Below the pieces are notes generated by a model. The model worked only from the letters and a program-made list of their open reading frames with translations, was not told the origin of the DNA and did no database searches. Made by a program: the position numbers and the translations under genes. DNA of 64,000 nucleotides from Eubacteriales bacterium (GTDB lineage: Bacteria > Bacillota > Clostridia > Oscillospirales > UMGS1783): assembly GCA_045595395.1 (NCBI GenBank), contig JAZOAH010000028.1, positions 90,339 to 154,338 of the forward strand, in the 5' to 3' direction. Of this stretch, positions 53,279 to 62,880 are shown piece by piece (the first letter of the stretch is position 1; the number at the start of each line of letters is the position of its first letter).

Positions 53279-54445
53279 TTAATCGTCAAAATGATAAGCC
53301 AGTCCGACCGCATGCATATTCTTTTCAAAGACGGACAAGTCTTCTTCGTTTAATATTGTCATTTCCTGCATGCGCCGTCCGATATTTTTGCGGCGATGGA
53401 GCAAAATATCAAACCAGCGAACCACCCAACAGGCCGGCAGTAGCCACCGATGCTTGACCAACACCCGATACCGGCCCTCCATCGACACGGCAGTAGGAAA
53501 GAGCAAGCGCAGGGCGTTGTGGCTTTTGGCCGAATGGTCAGACGCTTTATATTTTACGCCCGTTGACAGTACCGTGTTTTCATATGTACCCCAACTGCCG
53601 CTGTCAAAAATGAACTGACCCAGCAGTTGCGTGACCGCATCTTCCGGCCCATCCTCAAACCAAGCCGCAAGGGTGCGAATCGTGTTACGATAAAAATCAC
53701 GCAGATGCAACTTGTCTAACTCGGCCTCGACATAATCCTCTTTCATGGTCGAATACGCACGGCGATAGACCCAAAGATCAATGACCTGCCGAAGACCGAT
53801 GCCGCCCAGCCGATAATGTTTGGCATAATGAACAAAGATATAAATATATTCATCCTCCGGCGACAGTTCGTAACGATGCCCCTTTTTGAGTCGAGGCCGC
53901 GCCCAGCCGTCACCGAAATAGGAATACAGGTCCTTGGATTCTTTGGGAATGGGGCGCTTGTGCAACTCCAGATAGAGATCGTCGCAACTCCAGGTATAGG
54001 TGTGATCGGCACCGGGCTCTTGTTTATAGCCAAACTTTGTCACGATCTTTTTCACCGACGGATACTGACGGTCACGAATGAGTATATCGGCGTCGCCCAT
54101 GCGGCGCAGTTCATGCCGTGGATACAGTTGCTTGAGATTGCAGCCCTTCATGGGCATATAATCAATCTTCTGTTCTTCGAAAGCTGCACAAAGGGCATCG
54201 ACCGCCCGCTGCTGCCTTTCGCTGCGGCGCAGATCCAGACAATAGCTGCGAAACAGCTGTTGCATGACCGGCTGTGTCTTGTTCACCCCGCAACGCACTG
54301 CCCCTTCAAAGACCAGGCTTGGGATCTGATGGCGCAGGATCTGCTGATAAGCCTCTTCCATGGAGAAATCGGCAGGGAGTGGCAGTGCTTCTCCGGTAAT
54401 GGCTGCTCGCACTAATGTAAGGATGCCTTTTTGTTGTTGATCCAT
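53279..54445 (-). CDS. nucleotidyltransferase family protein (PF14907-like, 'uncharacterised nucleotidyltransferase')
   Basis: About 388 aa. MKGCNLKQLYP....R.MGDADILI is the G(D/S)xD nucleotidyltransferase motif in the context typical of that family. The start is taken at 54445, 9 nt after GGAG. Confidence 0.6.
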   Translation of the reverse strand: MDQQQKGILTLVRAAITGEALPLPADFSMEEAYQQILRHQIPSLVFEGAVRCGVNKTQPVMQQLFRSYCLDLRRSERQQRAVDALCAAFEEQKIDYMPMKGCNLKQLYPRHELRRMGDADILIRDRQYPSVKKIVTKFGYKQEPGADHTYTWSCDDLYLELHKRPIPKESKDLYSYFGDGWARPRLKKGHRYELSPEDEYIYIFVHYAKHYRLGGIGLRQVIDLWVYRRAYSTMKEDYVEAELDKLHLRDFYRNTIRTLAAWFEDGPEDAVTQLLGQFIFDSGSWGTYENTVLSTGVKYKASDHSAKSHNALRLLFPTAVSMEGRYRVLVKHRWLLPACWVVRWFDILLHRRKNIGRRMQEMTILNEEDLSVFEKNMHAVGLAYHFDD

Positions 54446-54477
54446 CGTCGACATCTCCTTTTCTCAAGATAAAAGAT

Positions 54478-54500
54478 AAAGCCCCCATGCCGGGGGCTTT
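54478..54500 (-). terminator. hairpin after tRNA-Gln
   Basis: AAAGCCCCC-GGCAT-GGGGGCTTT on the minus strand, followed by ATCTTTTATCTT. Confidence 0.65.
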
Positions 54501-54506
54501 ATGGTT

Positions 54507-54581
54507 TGGCAGGAGTGGCGGGATTTGAACCCACGAATGACGGAGTCAAAGTCCGTTGCCTTACCGCTTGGCTACACCCCT
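54507..54581 (-). tRNA. tRNA-Gln (anticodon UUG)
   Basis: Minus strand: AGGGGTG TA GCCAAGCGGTAAGGC A ACGGA CTTTGAC TCCGT CATTC GTGGG TTCAAAT CCCGC CACTCCT G CCA. The cloverleaf folds by hand, the anticodon loop is CT-TTG-AC, and CCA is encoded. Confidence 0.9.
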
Positions 54582-54595
54582 ATCCGTGCCGTTAT

Positions 54596-54624
54596 ATGAT
54601 ACCAATTTCCTGCCCGTTTGTCAA
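54596..54624 (-). promoter_or_regulatory. sigma-A type promoter for tRNA-Gln
   Basis: Minus strand: TTGACA (54624-54619), 17-nt spacer, TATCAT (54601-54596), about 15 nt before the mature 5' end. Confidence 0.5.
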
Positions 54625-54631
54625 CAAAAAA

Positions 54632-54660
54632 ATGCCCCGTCTTCAAAAAAGACGGAGCAT
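54632..54660 (-). terminator. rho-independent terminator after ftsZ
   Basis: Minus strand: TGCTCCGTCTT-TTTTGA-AGACGGGGCA followed by TTTTTTT. Confidence 0.8.
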
Positions 54661-54666
54661 GTCCAT

Positions 54667-55752
54667 TTATTTGTTAGAGCCGGTAGCACCGTTGATCAGG
54701 TCAAGCAAGTCCTTGGTATCCTTATCGGTATCCTCATGTTTCTTAGCTGTGGGGATCAAAGAAGCCAGTTTGCCGAACTTTTCATCGTCGACATTGCCAT
54801 AGTCAAAGCCGGTGGCGATGACGGTGACACTCATCTCATCTTCCAGCGTTTCGTCGATATTAGCACCCCAAATAATATTGGCTTCGGGGTTGACCTCACG
54901 CTTGACGATATCGGAAGCCAGCTCGACCTCTTCGAGGGTGATATCAGCACTGCCGGTGATGTTGAGGATAACGCCCTTAGCGCCGGCGATCGAAGTTTCG
55001 AGCAGCGGGCTTTCGATGGCCATACGGGTTGCATCCTCGGCCTTGGTCTTGCCCTGAGCACGGCCGGTACCCATATGGGCATAGCCGGCATCACGCATGG
55101 TCTTACATACGTCGGCAAAGTCCACGTTAACAATACCCGACACCTGAATCAGATCGGATACGCCCTGCACACCCTGGCGCAGCACATCATCGGCAATCTG
55201 GAAGGCGTTGAGCATGGTGATCTTCTGATCTACCACATATTTGAGTCTGTCGTTAGGAACAACGACCAGCGAGTCTACGCAGGGACGGAGATTTTCAATG
55301 CCGTGTTCGGCTGTACGAAGTTTGAAAGCACCTTCAAAGCCGAAGGGTTTGGTCACGATACCGACGGTGAGGATGCCACGCTTTTTCGCAATATCGGCAA
55401 CAATAGGAGCCGCACCCGTTCCGGTGCCGCCGCCCATGCCGGCAGTAATAAAGACCATGTCGGTACCCGACAGCGCTTCCTCGATCAGTTCGCGACTTTC
55501 CTCGGCAGCAGCTCGTCCCACTTCGGGATCGCTGCCGGCGCCCTGACCCTTGCAAAGCTTTTCGCCGATCTGCACCTTATGGGTGGCAGCCGACTTCTGC
55601 AGGACGGCAAGGTCGGTATTGACGGCAACAAATTCCACGCCCTGAACCCCTGCCTCACGCATACGGTTGACTGCGTTGCAGCCGGCACCGCCGACACCAA
55701 CGATCTTTATATTGGCAATACGATTCTGTTCATCAGCTATCTGAAACGGCAT
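54667..55752 (-). CDS. ftsZ: cell division protein FtsZ
   Basis: [29 protein letters not shown] (tubulin signature) and NVDFADV. The start at 55752 lies 9 nt after AGGAG. Confidence 0.97.
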   Translation of the reverse strand: MPFQIADEQNRIANIKIVGVGGAGCNAVNRMREAGVQGVEFVAVNTDLAVLQKSAATHKVQIGEKLCKGQGAGSDPEVGRAAAEESRELIEEALSGTDMVFITAGMGGGTGTGAAPIVADIAKKRGILTVGIVTKPFGFEGAFKLRTAEHGIENLRPCVDSLVVVPNDRLKYVVDQKITMLNAFQIADDVLRQGVQGVSDLIQVSGIVNVDFADVCKTMRDAGYAHMGTGRAQGKTKAEDATRMAIESPLLETSIAGAKGVILNITGSADITLEEVELASDIVKREVNPEANIIWGANIDETLEDEMSVTVIATGFDYGNVDDEKFGKLASLIPTAKKHEDTDKDTKDLLDLINGATGSNK

Positions 55753-55848
55753 ATCTGTATTCTCCTTAACATATTCTTTTTCTATTTTATAATTATTTTG
55801 ACGAGAATTCAATAGTCAATCTTAAATTTTTACCGTTTTTTGAAAACT

Positions 55849-56907
55849 TTATTCATATTGAGGGCGATAGTAGACCTTATTTGCGTCGGATGCATCGATC
55901 GTAGCCGTCACATCGGCAGGATTTTCCTCCAACACCTTAAGGATCATTTGCAGTTTACTGTCCAGTTTTTCAGTATCTCCCAATTCGCAGGTGAAAAATT
56001 GGCCGTAGCAGAAGTAGATGTCGTATCGCTTTTCCACATTCAATTCCACCGTGTCCTCTAACAGGCCGTACCGATCCAGCGCCAACATGACCGAAGCGAT
56101 CAATTCAGCCGATTCAACATTTTCAAACACAGCCGTCGAACCCGGCTCATATTGGCTCACAGCGCAACCCGACAACAGCACCAGATCCAGCGGCTGCACC
56201 GCCGTGACCTCCAACACCTTAGAGTCGGCATCCAGCACGACATAGTCGCCGCCGATCGGCACAACGCCCACCGGCTCAGCTTCCACCACCTCGATCACGA
56301 TTTTGTTCATCAGCACCCGTCGTATATTCACCGACTTGATGCGAGGCAATTCCTTGGTCAATCGCTGTTCGATCTTGGCCATATTGGTGCGGAACATATT
56401 ATCCTGCAGTTGGATACCGGTCGCACTGATAATGCGCTGCTCCGAATAATAGTTCTCGCCCTCGACCTCGATCTGAGCAATATGAAACAATACTGTCAGC
56501 GACAGCACACCGAAAACGATCAGCATCACGGCGATCAGAATCGAGTAGAACAATATATTGCGTCTGCGTCTTTTGCTATCCGACATGGGGACACTGCGGT
56601 AATTCTCAATGGTTTCACGCATGCGCTCGGCCGTGTCGCCCCGCCGCATACGGGCCACCTCACGAGCCTGCTCTTTGCGCAACTGTTCCTTGGTTTTGGC
56701 CGGCACCTTCTTTTTAGGCGCACCGATCCCGAGAAACCGGCGTTTGGGCTTGCTCTTTTTGACTACCTGTTTTTTGACCTTCGTCTTTTTCGACGATGAC
56801 GATGCAGGAGCAACAGGGCCCGTTTTCCCATGATAGGCATCAACAATGGCCTGCAGCTGCTCCTGCGATCTTTTTTTATTCTGTTGCTGTCTTTCGCTCA
56901 GCTTCAT
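55849..56907 (-). CDS. FtsQ/DivIB-type cell division protein (POTRA domain)
   Basis: Long Lys/Arg-rich cytoplasmic N-terminus and one TM helix (ILFYSILIAVMLIVFGVLSLTVLF), then IAQIEVEGENYYS...I POTRA-like. The start is uncertain. An ATG at 56907 would overlap the murA end by 32 nt. Confidence 0.7.
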   Translation of the reverse strand: MKLSERQQQNKKRSQEQLQAIVDAYHGKTGPVAPASSSSKKTKVKKQVVKKSKPKRRFLGIGAPKKKVPAKTKEQLRKEQAREVARMRRGDTAERMRETIENYRSVPMSDSKRRRRNILFYSILIAVMLIVFGVLSLTVLFHIAQIEVEGENYYSEQRIISATGIQLQDNMFRTNMAKIEQRLTKELPRIKSVNIRRVLMNKIVIEVVEAEPVGVVPIGGDYVVLDADSKVLEVTAVQPLDLVLLSGCAVSQYEPGSTAVFENVESAELIASVMLALDRYGLLEDTVELNVEKRYDIYFCYGQFFTCELGDTEKLDSKLQMILKVLEENPADVTATIDASDANKVYYRPQYE

Positions 56908-58162
56908 AATCTTCCCTTTTGATGTCAGCCCCCAGCGCCGATAACGCCCGCTCGGGAGTTTGATATCCTCTGTCGATATGTTCGATCCGTTCAATGACCG
57001 TCGTGCCCTGCGCCGCCAGCGCCGCACACATCAGTGCCGCACCGCCCCGCAGATCGGTGGCCTCAACATTGGCACCCCAAAGTTTCTCCACGCCCTCGAC
57101 AACGGCAACCCGTTGCTCGACCTGAATACGGGCACCCATGCGCCGCAATTCGCCGACATGCCGATACCGATTTTCAAAAACCGTTTCAATAAAAAGAGAG
57201 GAGCCCCGGCAAATACACGCCAGCGCCATCATCAGTGCCTGTGCATCGGTCGGAAACCCCGGATAATATGTCGTGCGTACCGTACGGGGTGCTAACGGTC
57301 TAGTATCAGCATATACCATAATTCGCCGTCCGTCAACCCGAATTTTTACACCCATCTCAGTTAAAAGGCCGGTAATGGCCGCAACATGCTCGGGAATCAC
57401 CCCGCACAATTCCACTTTTCCTCCGCCCATACAGCCGACGACCAGATAGGTCGCAGCCACGATGCGATCGGGAATAATGCGATGCTCCGTCCCTCGCAGC
57501 CGCTCGACGCCCTCAATGGCGATGCGGCTGGTCCCCGCCCCCTGAATACGGGCACCCATGGCATTGAGAAAATTTTGCAGATCCACGATCTCCGGCTCGC
57601 AAGCCGCATTGTGAATGACCGTTTCGCCTTTGGCCTTTACCGCCGCCAGCATGATGTTCTCGGTCGCACCCACACTGGGAATGGCCAGCGACACCGAAGT
57701 GCCCCGCAATCCGTTGGGGCAGGTGCAGGATAAAAATCCGCCCTCTTCGCTGACCCGCACCCCCATCTGCCTAAGCGCCGAGATATGTAGGTCAATGGGG
57801 CGAGGGCCCAGTTCACAGCCGCCGGGGAAACTGATCCTGGCACTCTTTTCTCGGGTCAGGATCGCACCCAGAAACATGACCGAAGATCGCATTTTTCGCA
57901 TCAGTTCATCAGGAATATCGTTGATGCCGCCGCTGCCGGCATTGACGATCACCGCATCCTCCTGCCGTATCACCTGACAGCCCAAATGCCGCAGGATATC
58001 ACAGGCAGCCTCGGTATCGGACAGATGCGGACAGTTTCGGATCACACACTGCCCCTCCCCCGTCAGCGTCGCCGCCAAAATGGGAAGTACACTGTTTTTC
58101 GACCCCTGTATATCTACCGTACCGGCCAGCTTGCGCCCGCCGTTGATGATCAGTTTTTGCAT
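56876..58162 (-). CDS. murA: UDP-N-acetylglucosamine 1-carboxyvinyltransferase
   Basis: MQKLIINGGRKLAGTVDIQGSKNSVLPILAA..., FPGGCELGPRPIDLH (catalytic Cys loop). I prefer the start at 58162 over 58171 on RBS spacing. Confidence 0.93.
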   Translation of the reverse strand: MQKLIINGGRKLAGTVDIQGSKNSVLPILAATLTGEGQCVIRNCPHLSDTEAACDILRHLGCQVIRQEDAVIVNAGSGGINDIPDELMRKMRSSVMFLGAILTREKSARISFPGGCELGPRPIDLHISALRQMGVRVSEEGGFLSCTCPNGLRGTSVSLAIPSVGATENIMLAAVKAKGETVIHNAACEPEIVDLQNFLNAMGARIQGAGTSRIAIEGVERLRGTEHRIIPDRIVAATYLVVGCMGGGKVELCGVIPEHVAAITGLLTEMGVKIRVDGRRIMVYADTRPLAPRTVRTTYYPGFPTDAQALMMALACICRGSSLFIETVFENRYRHVGELRRMGARIQVEQRVAVVEGVEKLWGANVEATDLRGGAALMCAALAAQGTTVIERIEHIDRGYQTPERALSALGADIKREDYEAERKTATE

Positions 58163-58209
58163 CGTTTTCATCCTCCATACTCCATCGTATGCGAGGAGAA
58201 AAACCTTTG

Positions 58210-59325
58210 TTACTTGAGGATCTCTTGAATATGATCGACGATCTCACCAGCCGCCTCGGGATGGGCCAATTCCAACGCCGCCTTGGCCATGCGTGAACGC
58301 TTTTGGCTGTTCATCGCCACCTCAAGCAAGGCGTTATACAGACGCTCGCCGTCCAGATCCTTTTCCTCGATCAGCAGCGCCGCTCCCGCATCACGCAGTA
58401 CGCAGGCATTATGATACTGATGATTTTCGGCCACATTGGGCGAAGGAATGAGGATCGACGGCTTACCCATCGCAGCGATCTCGGCCAGCGAAATGGCGCC
58501 GGCACGGGAAATAACCACATCGGCTGCAGACATACATTCCGACATGTTATAAATGTACTCCTTGACGGTGATCCCGTCACAGCCATCCACAGAAAGGCTA
58601 CGGGTAGCCAACCGCTCCATCATCCGATCATACCCCACTGCGCCGGTGGCATGCAAATGCTGCATCTGCCCATCCTTGACTGAAAAGGCCAGCATATCGG
58701 CCACGGCATCGTTAAGGGCACGTGCGCCCAAGCTGCCGCCGCAAGAAAGCACCAACGGCTTATCCTTCACACCCAGTTCCCGACGTGCCGCCTCACGGTC
58801 AGCCTTCTTAAAGCCGCCGCGAATGGGGTTGCCGGTCACCACCGTGTTGGTCAGATCCTCCACGCCAATGGTCTTGGGGAAGGACAAAAAGACCTTATTG
58901 GCTTTTTTAGCCACCATGCGTGTCGTCACGCCGGCAAAGGCGTTCTGCTCATGGATCACGGTCGGGATATGCAACATCTGCGCCGCCAGCACCACCGGCC
59001 CCGACACATAGCCGCCGGTCCCGATCACCATATCAGCGCCGAATCGGCGCAAGATCTTCTTGGCCTTCTCGGTACTGCGATAGGCCAACCAGGCATACTT
59101 GATATTATGGCTCCACGCCTTGAGTCCACGGCCACGGGAAAACCCATGGGCCGGAATAAATTCAATATTATAGCCAGACTTGGGTACCAATGTGCTCTCC
59201 ATCCCGTCGGCCGTTCCGACAAACAGGATCTGCGCCGCATCGTCACGCCGACACAACTCCTCGGCAATGGCAATGGCCGGGTTGATGTGACCGCCGGTGC
59301 CACCGCCTGCAAGTACATATTTCAT
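58210..59325 (-). CDS. murG: undecaprenyldiphospho-muramoylpentapeptide beta-N-acetylglucosaminyltransferase
   Basis: MKYVLAGGGTGGHINPAIAIAEEL and GGSLGA motifs. Confidence 0.93.
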   Translation of the reverse strand: MKYVLAGGGTGGHINPAIAIAEELCRRDDAAQILFVGTADGMESTLVPKSGYNIEFIPAHGFSRGRGLKAWSHNIKYAWLAYRSTEKAKKILRRFGADMVIGTGGYVSGPVVLAAQMLHIPTVIHEQNAFAGVTTRMVAKKANKVFLSFPKTIGVEDLTNTVVTGNPIRGGFKKADREAARRELGVKDKPLVLSCGGSLGARALNDAVADMLAFSVKDGQMQHLHATGAVGYDRMMERLATRSLSVDGCDGITVKEYIYNMSECMSAADVVISRAGAISLAEIAAMGKPSILIPSPNVAENHQYHNACVLRDAGAALLIEEKDLDGERLYNALLEVAMNSQKRSRMAKAALELAHPEAAGEIVDHIQEILK

Positions 59326-59328
59326 AGA

Positions 59329-60489
59329 TCACACCTTCAATGTTCGTGATTTTCGTGAAACAGCCAACACGATGCCCATCTCAACCATCTGCATGACCAG
59401 CGCCGTACCGCCCGAGCTGAAGAAGGGCAGCGCAATACCGGTGACCGGAATGGAGTTGGTGACCACCGCCATATTCAGCAACACCTGAACGGCCAAACGG
59501 GTGGTGATGCCAAAGACCATCAGCGAACCAAAGCGGTCATGACAGCGCATGGCGATGGCAAATCCTTTATAGATGAGCAGCACAAAAATAGCCAAAATGA
59601 TCAGACAACCGATAAAGCCGAGCTCCTCGGCCACGATGGAAAAGATAAAGTCATTCTGCGGCATGGAAACATAGAGATATTTCTGCCGACTCTGTCCGAT
59701 CCCCTGCCCCGTCAAGCCGCCCGAGCCGATGGCGTATAAGGACTGCAGGATCTGATAACCCGCACCCTGCGGATCAGAACCGGGATTGAGAAAGACGTCA
59801 ATTCGTGATTTCATATAAGGAACGGTCCAGGCAACGGCCGCCAAGCCCACACCGCCGACGGCTGCCAATCCGCCGATCCAGCCCATATTACAGCCCGCCA
59901 CGATCATCATGGAGACTCCGACGGCCAGCACCAAGATGGTACCCGACAGATGCGGCTCGAGCAGGATCAGCCCGGCAGGGATACCGATAATGATCACAGG
60001 GATCAATATGCCCTGCACCGGCTTTTTGAGATATTTATGATAGGTCGATAAAAACAGCGCCAGCATAATGATAACAGCAAGTTTTGCGATCTCAGAGGGC
60101 TGCAGGTTAAAACCGACATAGATCCAGCGCTTTTCCACACCGTCACCGGCGCCGACAAACAGCACCAGGATCAGCAACAGAATGGCCACGCCGTAGATGG
60201 GCATGGCAAATTTTTTGAGTTTCTCGTAGTCGATCTTGGAGATAACGAGCATGGCCACAAACCCAAGTATAGCAAAGAAACTCTGTCGCTTGATGAAATA
60301 GAAGCTGTCCCCCTGATCGTACCAGGCATAGGCATAACTGGCCGAAAAGAGCATGATCAATCCAACAGCCAGAATGATGAGCACCAGCACAAAAAAGGAC
60401 ATATCAAACGGATCGCTGACAAACCAATCGGAGAGCCATTTCTTTTTATTCGATTTGACCGAGGCCACTCGTACCGTTTTCTTTTCCAT
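59329..60489 (-). CDS. ftsW: FtsW/RodA/SpoVE family peptidoglycan glycosyltransferase
   Basis: Ten-TM SEDS protein: ...LQPSEIAKL..., GSGGLTGQGIG and SDFIFSIVAEELG motifs. Confidence 0.9.
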   Translation of the reverse strand: MEKKTVRVASVKSNKKKWLSDWFVSDPFDMSFFVLVLIILAVGLIMLFSASYAYAWYDQGDSFYFIKRQSFFAILGFVAMLVISKIDYEKLKKFAMPIYGVAILLLILVLFVGAGDGVEKRWIYVGFNLQPSEIAKLAVIIMLALFLSTYHKYLKKPVQGILIPVIIIGIPAGLILLEPHLSGTILVLAVGVSMMIVAGCNMGWIGGLAAVGGVGLAAVAWTVPYMKSRIDVFLNPGSDPQGAGYQILQSLYAIGSGGLTGQGIGQSRQKYLYVSMPQNDFIFSIVAEELGFIGCLIILAIFVLLIYKGFAIAMRCHDRFGSLMVFGITTRLAVQVLLNMAVVTNSIPVTGIALPFFSSGGTALVMQMVEMGIVLAVSRKSRTLKV

Positions 60490-60501
60490 GGATTCTCCCG
60501 A

Positions 60502-61497
60502 TTATTTTACACTGATCGAGCCCGTTGCCAAATAGGCAAGGACACAGGCAATAAGTGAAACAAAGGTAAAGACATAGACGATCTTGACCTCGTTCCAGCC
60601 GGACATTTCAAAATGGTGGTGGATGGGCGCCATCTTAAAGATGCGCTTCTTGGTCAGCTTGTAGACCAGCACCTGAAGCATGACCGAGCAGGCCTCGACC
60701 AGATAAATGATGCCGGCCAGCAAGATAATAAACGGCATATTCAGCGAAAAGGCCAGGCCGACGGTAAGGCCGCCGATAAAGAGCGAACCGGTATCACCCA
60801 TAAAGACCTTAGCCGGATGGAAATTATGCACCAAAAAGCCCAGCATACCGCCGATCAGAGCCGCCGACAACACCGAAACACCATTGTCCGGCCCGGCCGC
60901 ACGAATAGCGGCCACCATGAAAAAGGCGGCGATGGGCACCGTCACCGAAGCGTCCAATCCGTCAATGCCATCGGTCAGATTGGCGGCATTGACCATGCCG
61001 ACGATCAGCAGCAGCGCCAGCAGATAAAAGCCCATCCCCAGATCGACGGTGATCGAGGTAAAGGGGATCAGAAGTTTGGTGCTCAGTTGACGCTGTGATG
61101 CCAAAAAGATGAGAAATCCAGCCGCTGCCAGCACCTGCAAAATGATCTTCTGCCAGGCGGTCAGTCCGAGATTGCGCTTCATTTTCACCTTGATAAAGTC
61201 ATCACAAAAGCCGATCAGTCCATAGGCCACGGCGAGCAATAACGCCGCCAGCGCCTTGACATCTCCGGTGCTGTAATAGGAGAAACCACACAGTAAAAAG
61301 GCGGCCACAATACCGACGATAAAAAGTACGCCGCCCATAGTCGGAGTTCCCTGCTTGCTCTTATGCCAGGACGGGCCCTCCTCCAAAATGCTTTGGCCGA
61401 ATTTCAGTTTGCGCAGCGCCGGGATAACAAAGGGCCCCAGCCCTGCCGTAATCACAAAGGCCACAACGCCGGCCATGATCAGATTCCAGATATCCAT
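60502..61497 (-). CDS. mraY: phospho-N-acetylmuramoyl-pentapeptide-transferase
   Basis: GPSWHKSKQGTPTMGG, NAANLTDGIDGL and MGDTGSL motifs. The ATG at 61497 overlaps the murF stop. Confidence 0.95.
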   Translation of the reverse strand: MDIWNLIMAGVVAFVITAGLGPFVIPALRKLKFGQSILEEGPSWHKSKQGTPTMGGVLFIVGIVAAFLLCGFSYYSTGDVKALAALLLAVAYGLIGFCDDFIKVKMKRNLGLTAWQKIILQVLAAAGFLIFLASQRQLSTKLLIPFTSITVDLGMGFYLLALLLIVGMVNAANLTDGIDGLDASVTVPIAAFFMVAAIRAAGPDNGVSVLSAALIGGMLGFLVHNFHPAKVFMGDTGSLFIGGLTVGLAFSLNMPFIILLAGIIYLVEACSVMLQVLVYKLTKKRIFKMAPIHHHFEMSGWNEVKIVYVFTFVSLIACVLAYLATGSISVK

Positions 61498-62870
61498 TAG
61501 CCCTTCCACTCCTCTTTCAGTATCTCCAAAACTTTTTCGGTATGCAAGCCACGGCTCCCCTTAAAGAGGATCGTGTCTCCGTGACGGACGTTATCCAACA
61601 GGATCTGCCCCGCCTGCTCGGCATCGGCTGCGGCAAAGATGCGGCTTTCGTCCATGCCGCCCGCCTGCGCCGCCGAACGATAATAATGGGACTGCTCACC
61701 GTAGGTGATGAGAATATCACAGCCGGCTGCGGCATAGCCGCCCACCGTTTCATGCATAGCCTTCGAAAACTTGCCAAGCTCCAGCATATCGGCAATGACA
61801 GCCACCCGCCGCCCCTTGGCATGGCTCAGGGTATCAAAGGCCGCCTTCATCGAATCGGGACTGGCATTATAGCAATCCTCAAAAACAGTCAGGCCCTTAT
61901 AGTCATATATGTTCTGCCGCATGGCCGCATTTTCAAAATTAAGTAACGCTTTTACGCTCTCTTCCAGCGAAATGCCGCTGTAGAGTCCCACCGTAACGGC
62001 CGCCATGGCGTTGAGTACATTATGTCGGCCGACGGTGTGGATGCGGGCCCGACATCGGCCGACCGGGGTCACGGCATCAAACTCGGTACAACCGTCGCCC
62101 TCGCAGATGTTTTCGGCACGGTAGAGCGCTTTTTTATTATCAATGGCAAAGTAGACCGTTTTGTGCTTGAGTTTTCCTTCTACGCTGCGCAGCAGTTCAT
62201 CGTCGCCGTTTAAGATCATCACGCCGTTTTTGGCAAGGCCACGCTCGATCTCCAGCTTGGCATAGAGGATATTATGGCGAGAGCCCAGATGCTCAATATG
62301 GGAAACGCCGATATTGGTAATGACGGCCAGATCGGGACGGCCGACCTTGGTCAATGCCGCAATCTCGCCCTTATGGTTCATGCCCATTTCAAAGACGGCC
62401 GCTTTATGCTCCTGCGTCAGTTCAAAGGCCATCAGCGGCATGCCCGAATCGCTGTTAAGATTACCACGGGTCTTAAGTGTCGGATAGGCCGAAGCCAACA
62501 CGGCATACAGAAATTCTTTGGTCGTGGTCTTTCCCACGCTGCCGGTCACGGCCACGCAATGGAAATCAAAGGTCTTTCGATAACCGCGCGCCGCCTCCTG
62601 CAGGGCCTTGAGCGAATTGTCCACATGGATGACACAACAGCCATCGACCGTTATCTCTTTTTGAGAAATCACGCAGGACGCCCCCATTTGGACCGCCTTT
62701 TCGATATAATCGTGTCCGTCGACCCGCTCACCCGGCATAGCCACAAACATACTGCCCGGTTGCACCTGCCGTGAATCCACGCAGACCGAGGTGACGACTG
62801 TCTGCGCATCTCCGCAGAGCACCCGTCCGCCGCACCATGTTGCGATCTGTCCCGCCGTTATCTGTTTCAT
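61497..62870 (-). CDS. murF: UDP-N-acetylmuramoyl-tripeptide--D-alanyl-D-alanine ligase
   Basis: VTGSVGKTTTKE P-loop and Mur ligase middle/C-terminal blocks. The start at 62870 follows AGGGGAA. I reject the ORF-track extension to 63056. Confidence 0.92.
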   Translation of the reverse strand: MKQITAGQIATWCGGRVLCGDAQTVVTSVCVDSRQVQPGSMFVAMPGERVDGHDYIEKAVQMGASCVISQKEITVDGCCVIHVDNSLKALQEAARGYRKTFDFHCVAVTGSVGKTTTKEFLYAVLASAYPTLKTRGNLNSDSGMPLMAFELTQEHKAAVFEMGMNHKGEIAALTKVGRPDLAVITNIGVSHIEHLGSRHNILYAKLEIERGLAKNGVMILNGDDELLRSVEGKLKHKTVYFAIDNKKALYRAENICEGDGCTEFDAVTPVGRCRARIHTVGRHNVLNAMAAVTVGLYSGISLEESVKALLNFENAAMRQNIYDYKGLTVFEDCYNASPDSMKAAFDTLSHAKGRRVAVIADMLELGKFSKAMHETVGGYAAAGCDILITYGEQSHYYRSAAQAGGMDESRIFAAADAEQAGQILLDNVRHGDTILFKGSRGLHTEKVLEILKEEWKG

Positions 62871-62880
62871 CTCGATTCCC

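Noticed and set aside
48979-54581. Calling the tRNA-adjacent cluster a mobile genomic island.
   Set aside because: I found no integrase, recombinase or transposase, no direct repeat of the tRNA 3' end, and no obvious composition change by eye. I report only the positional observation.
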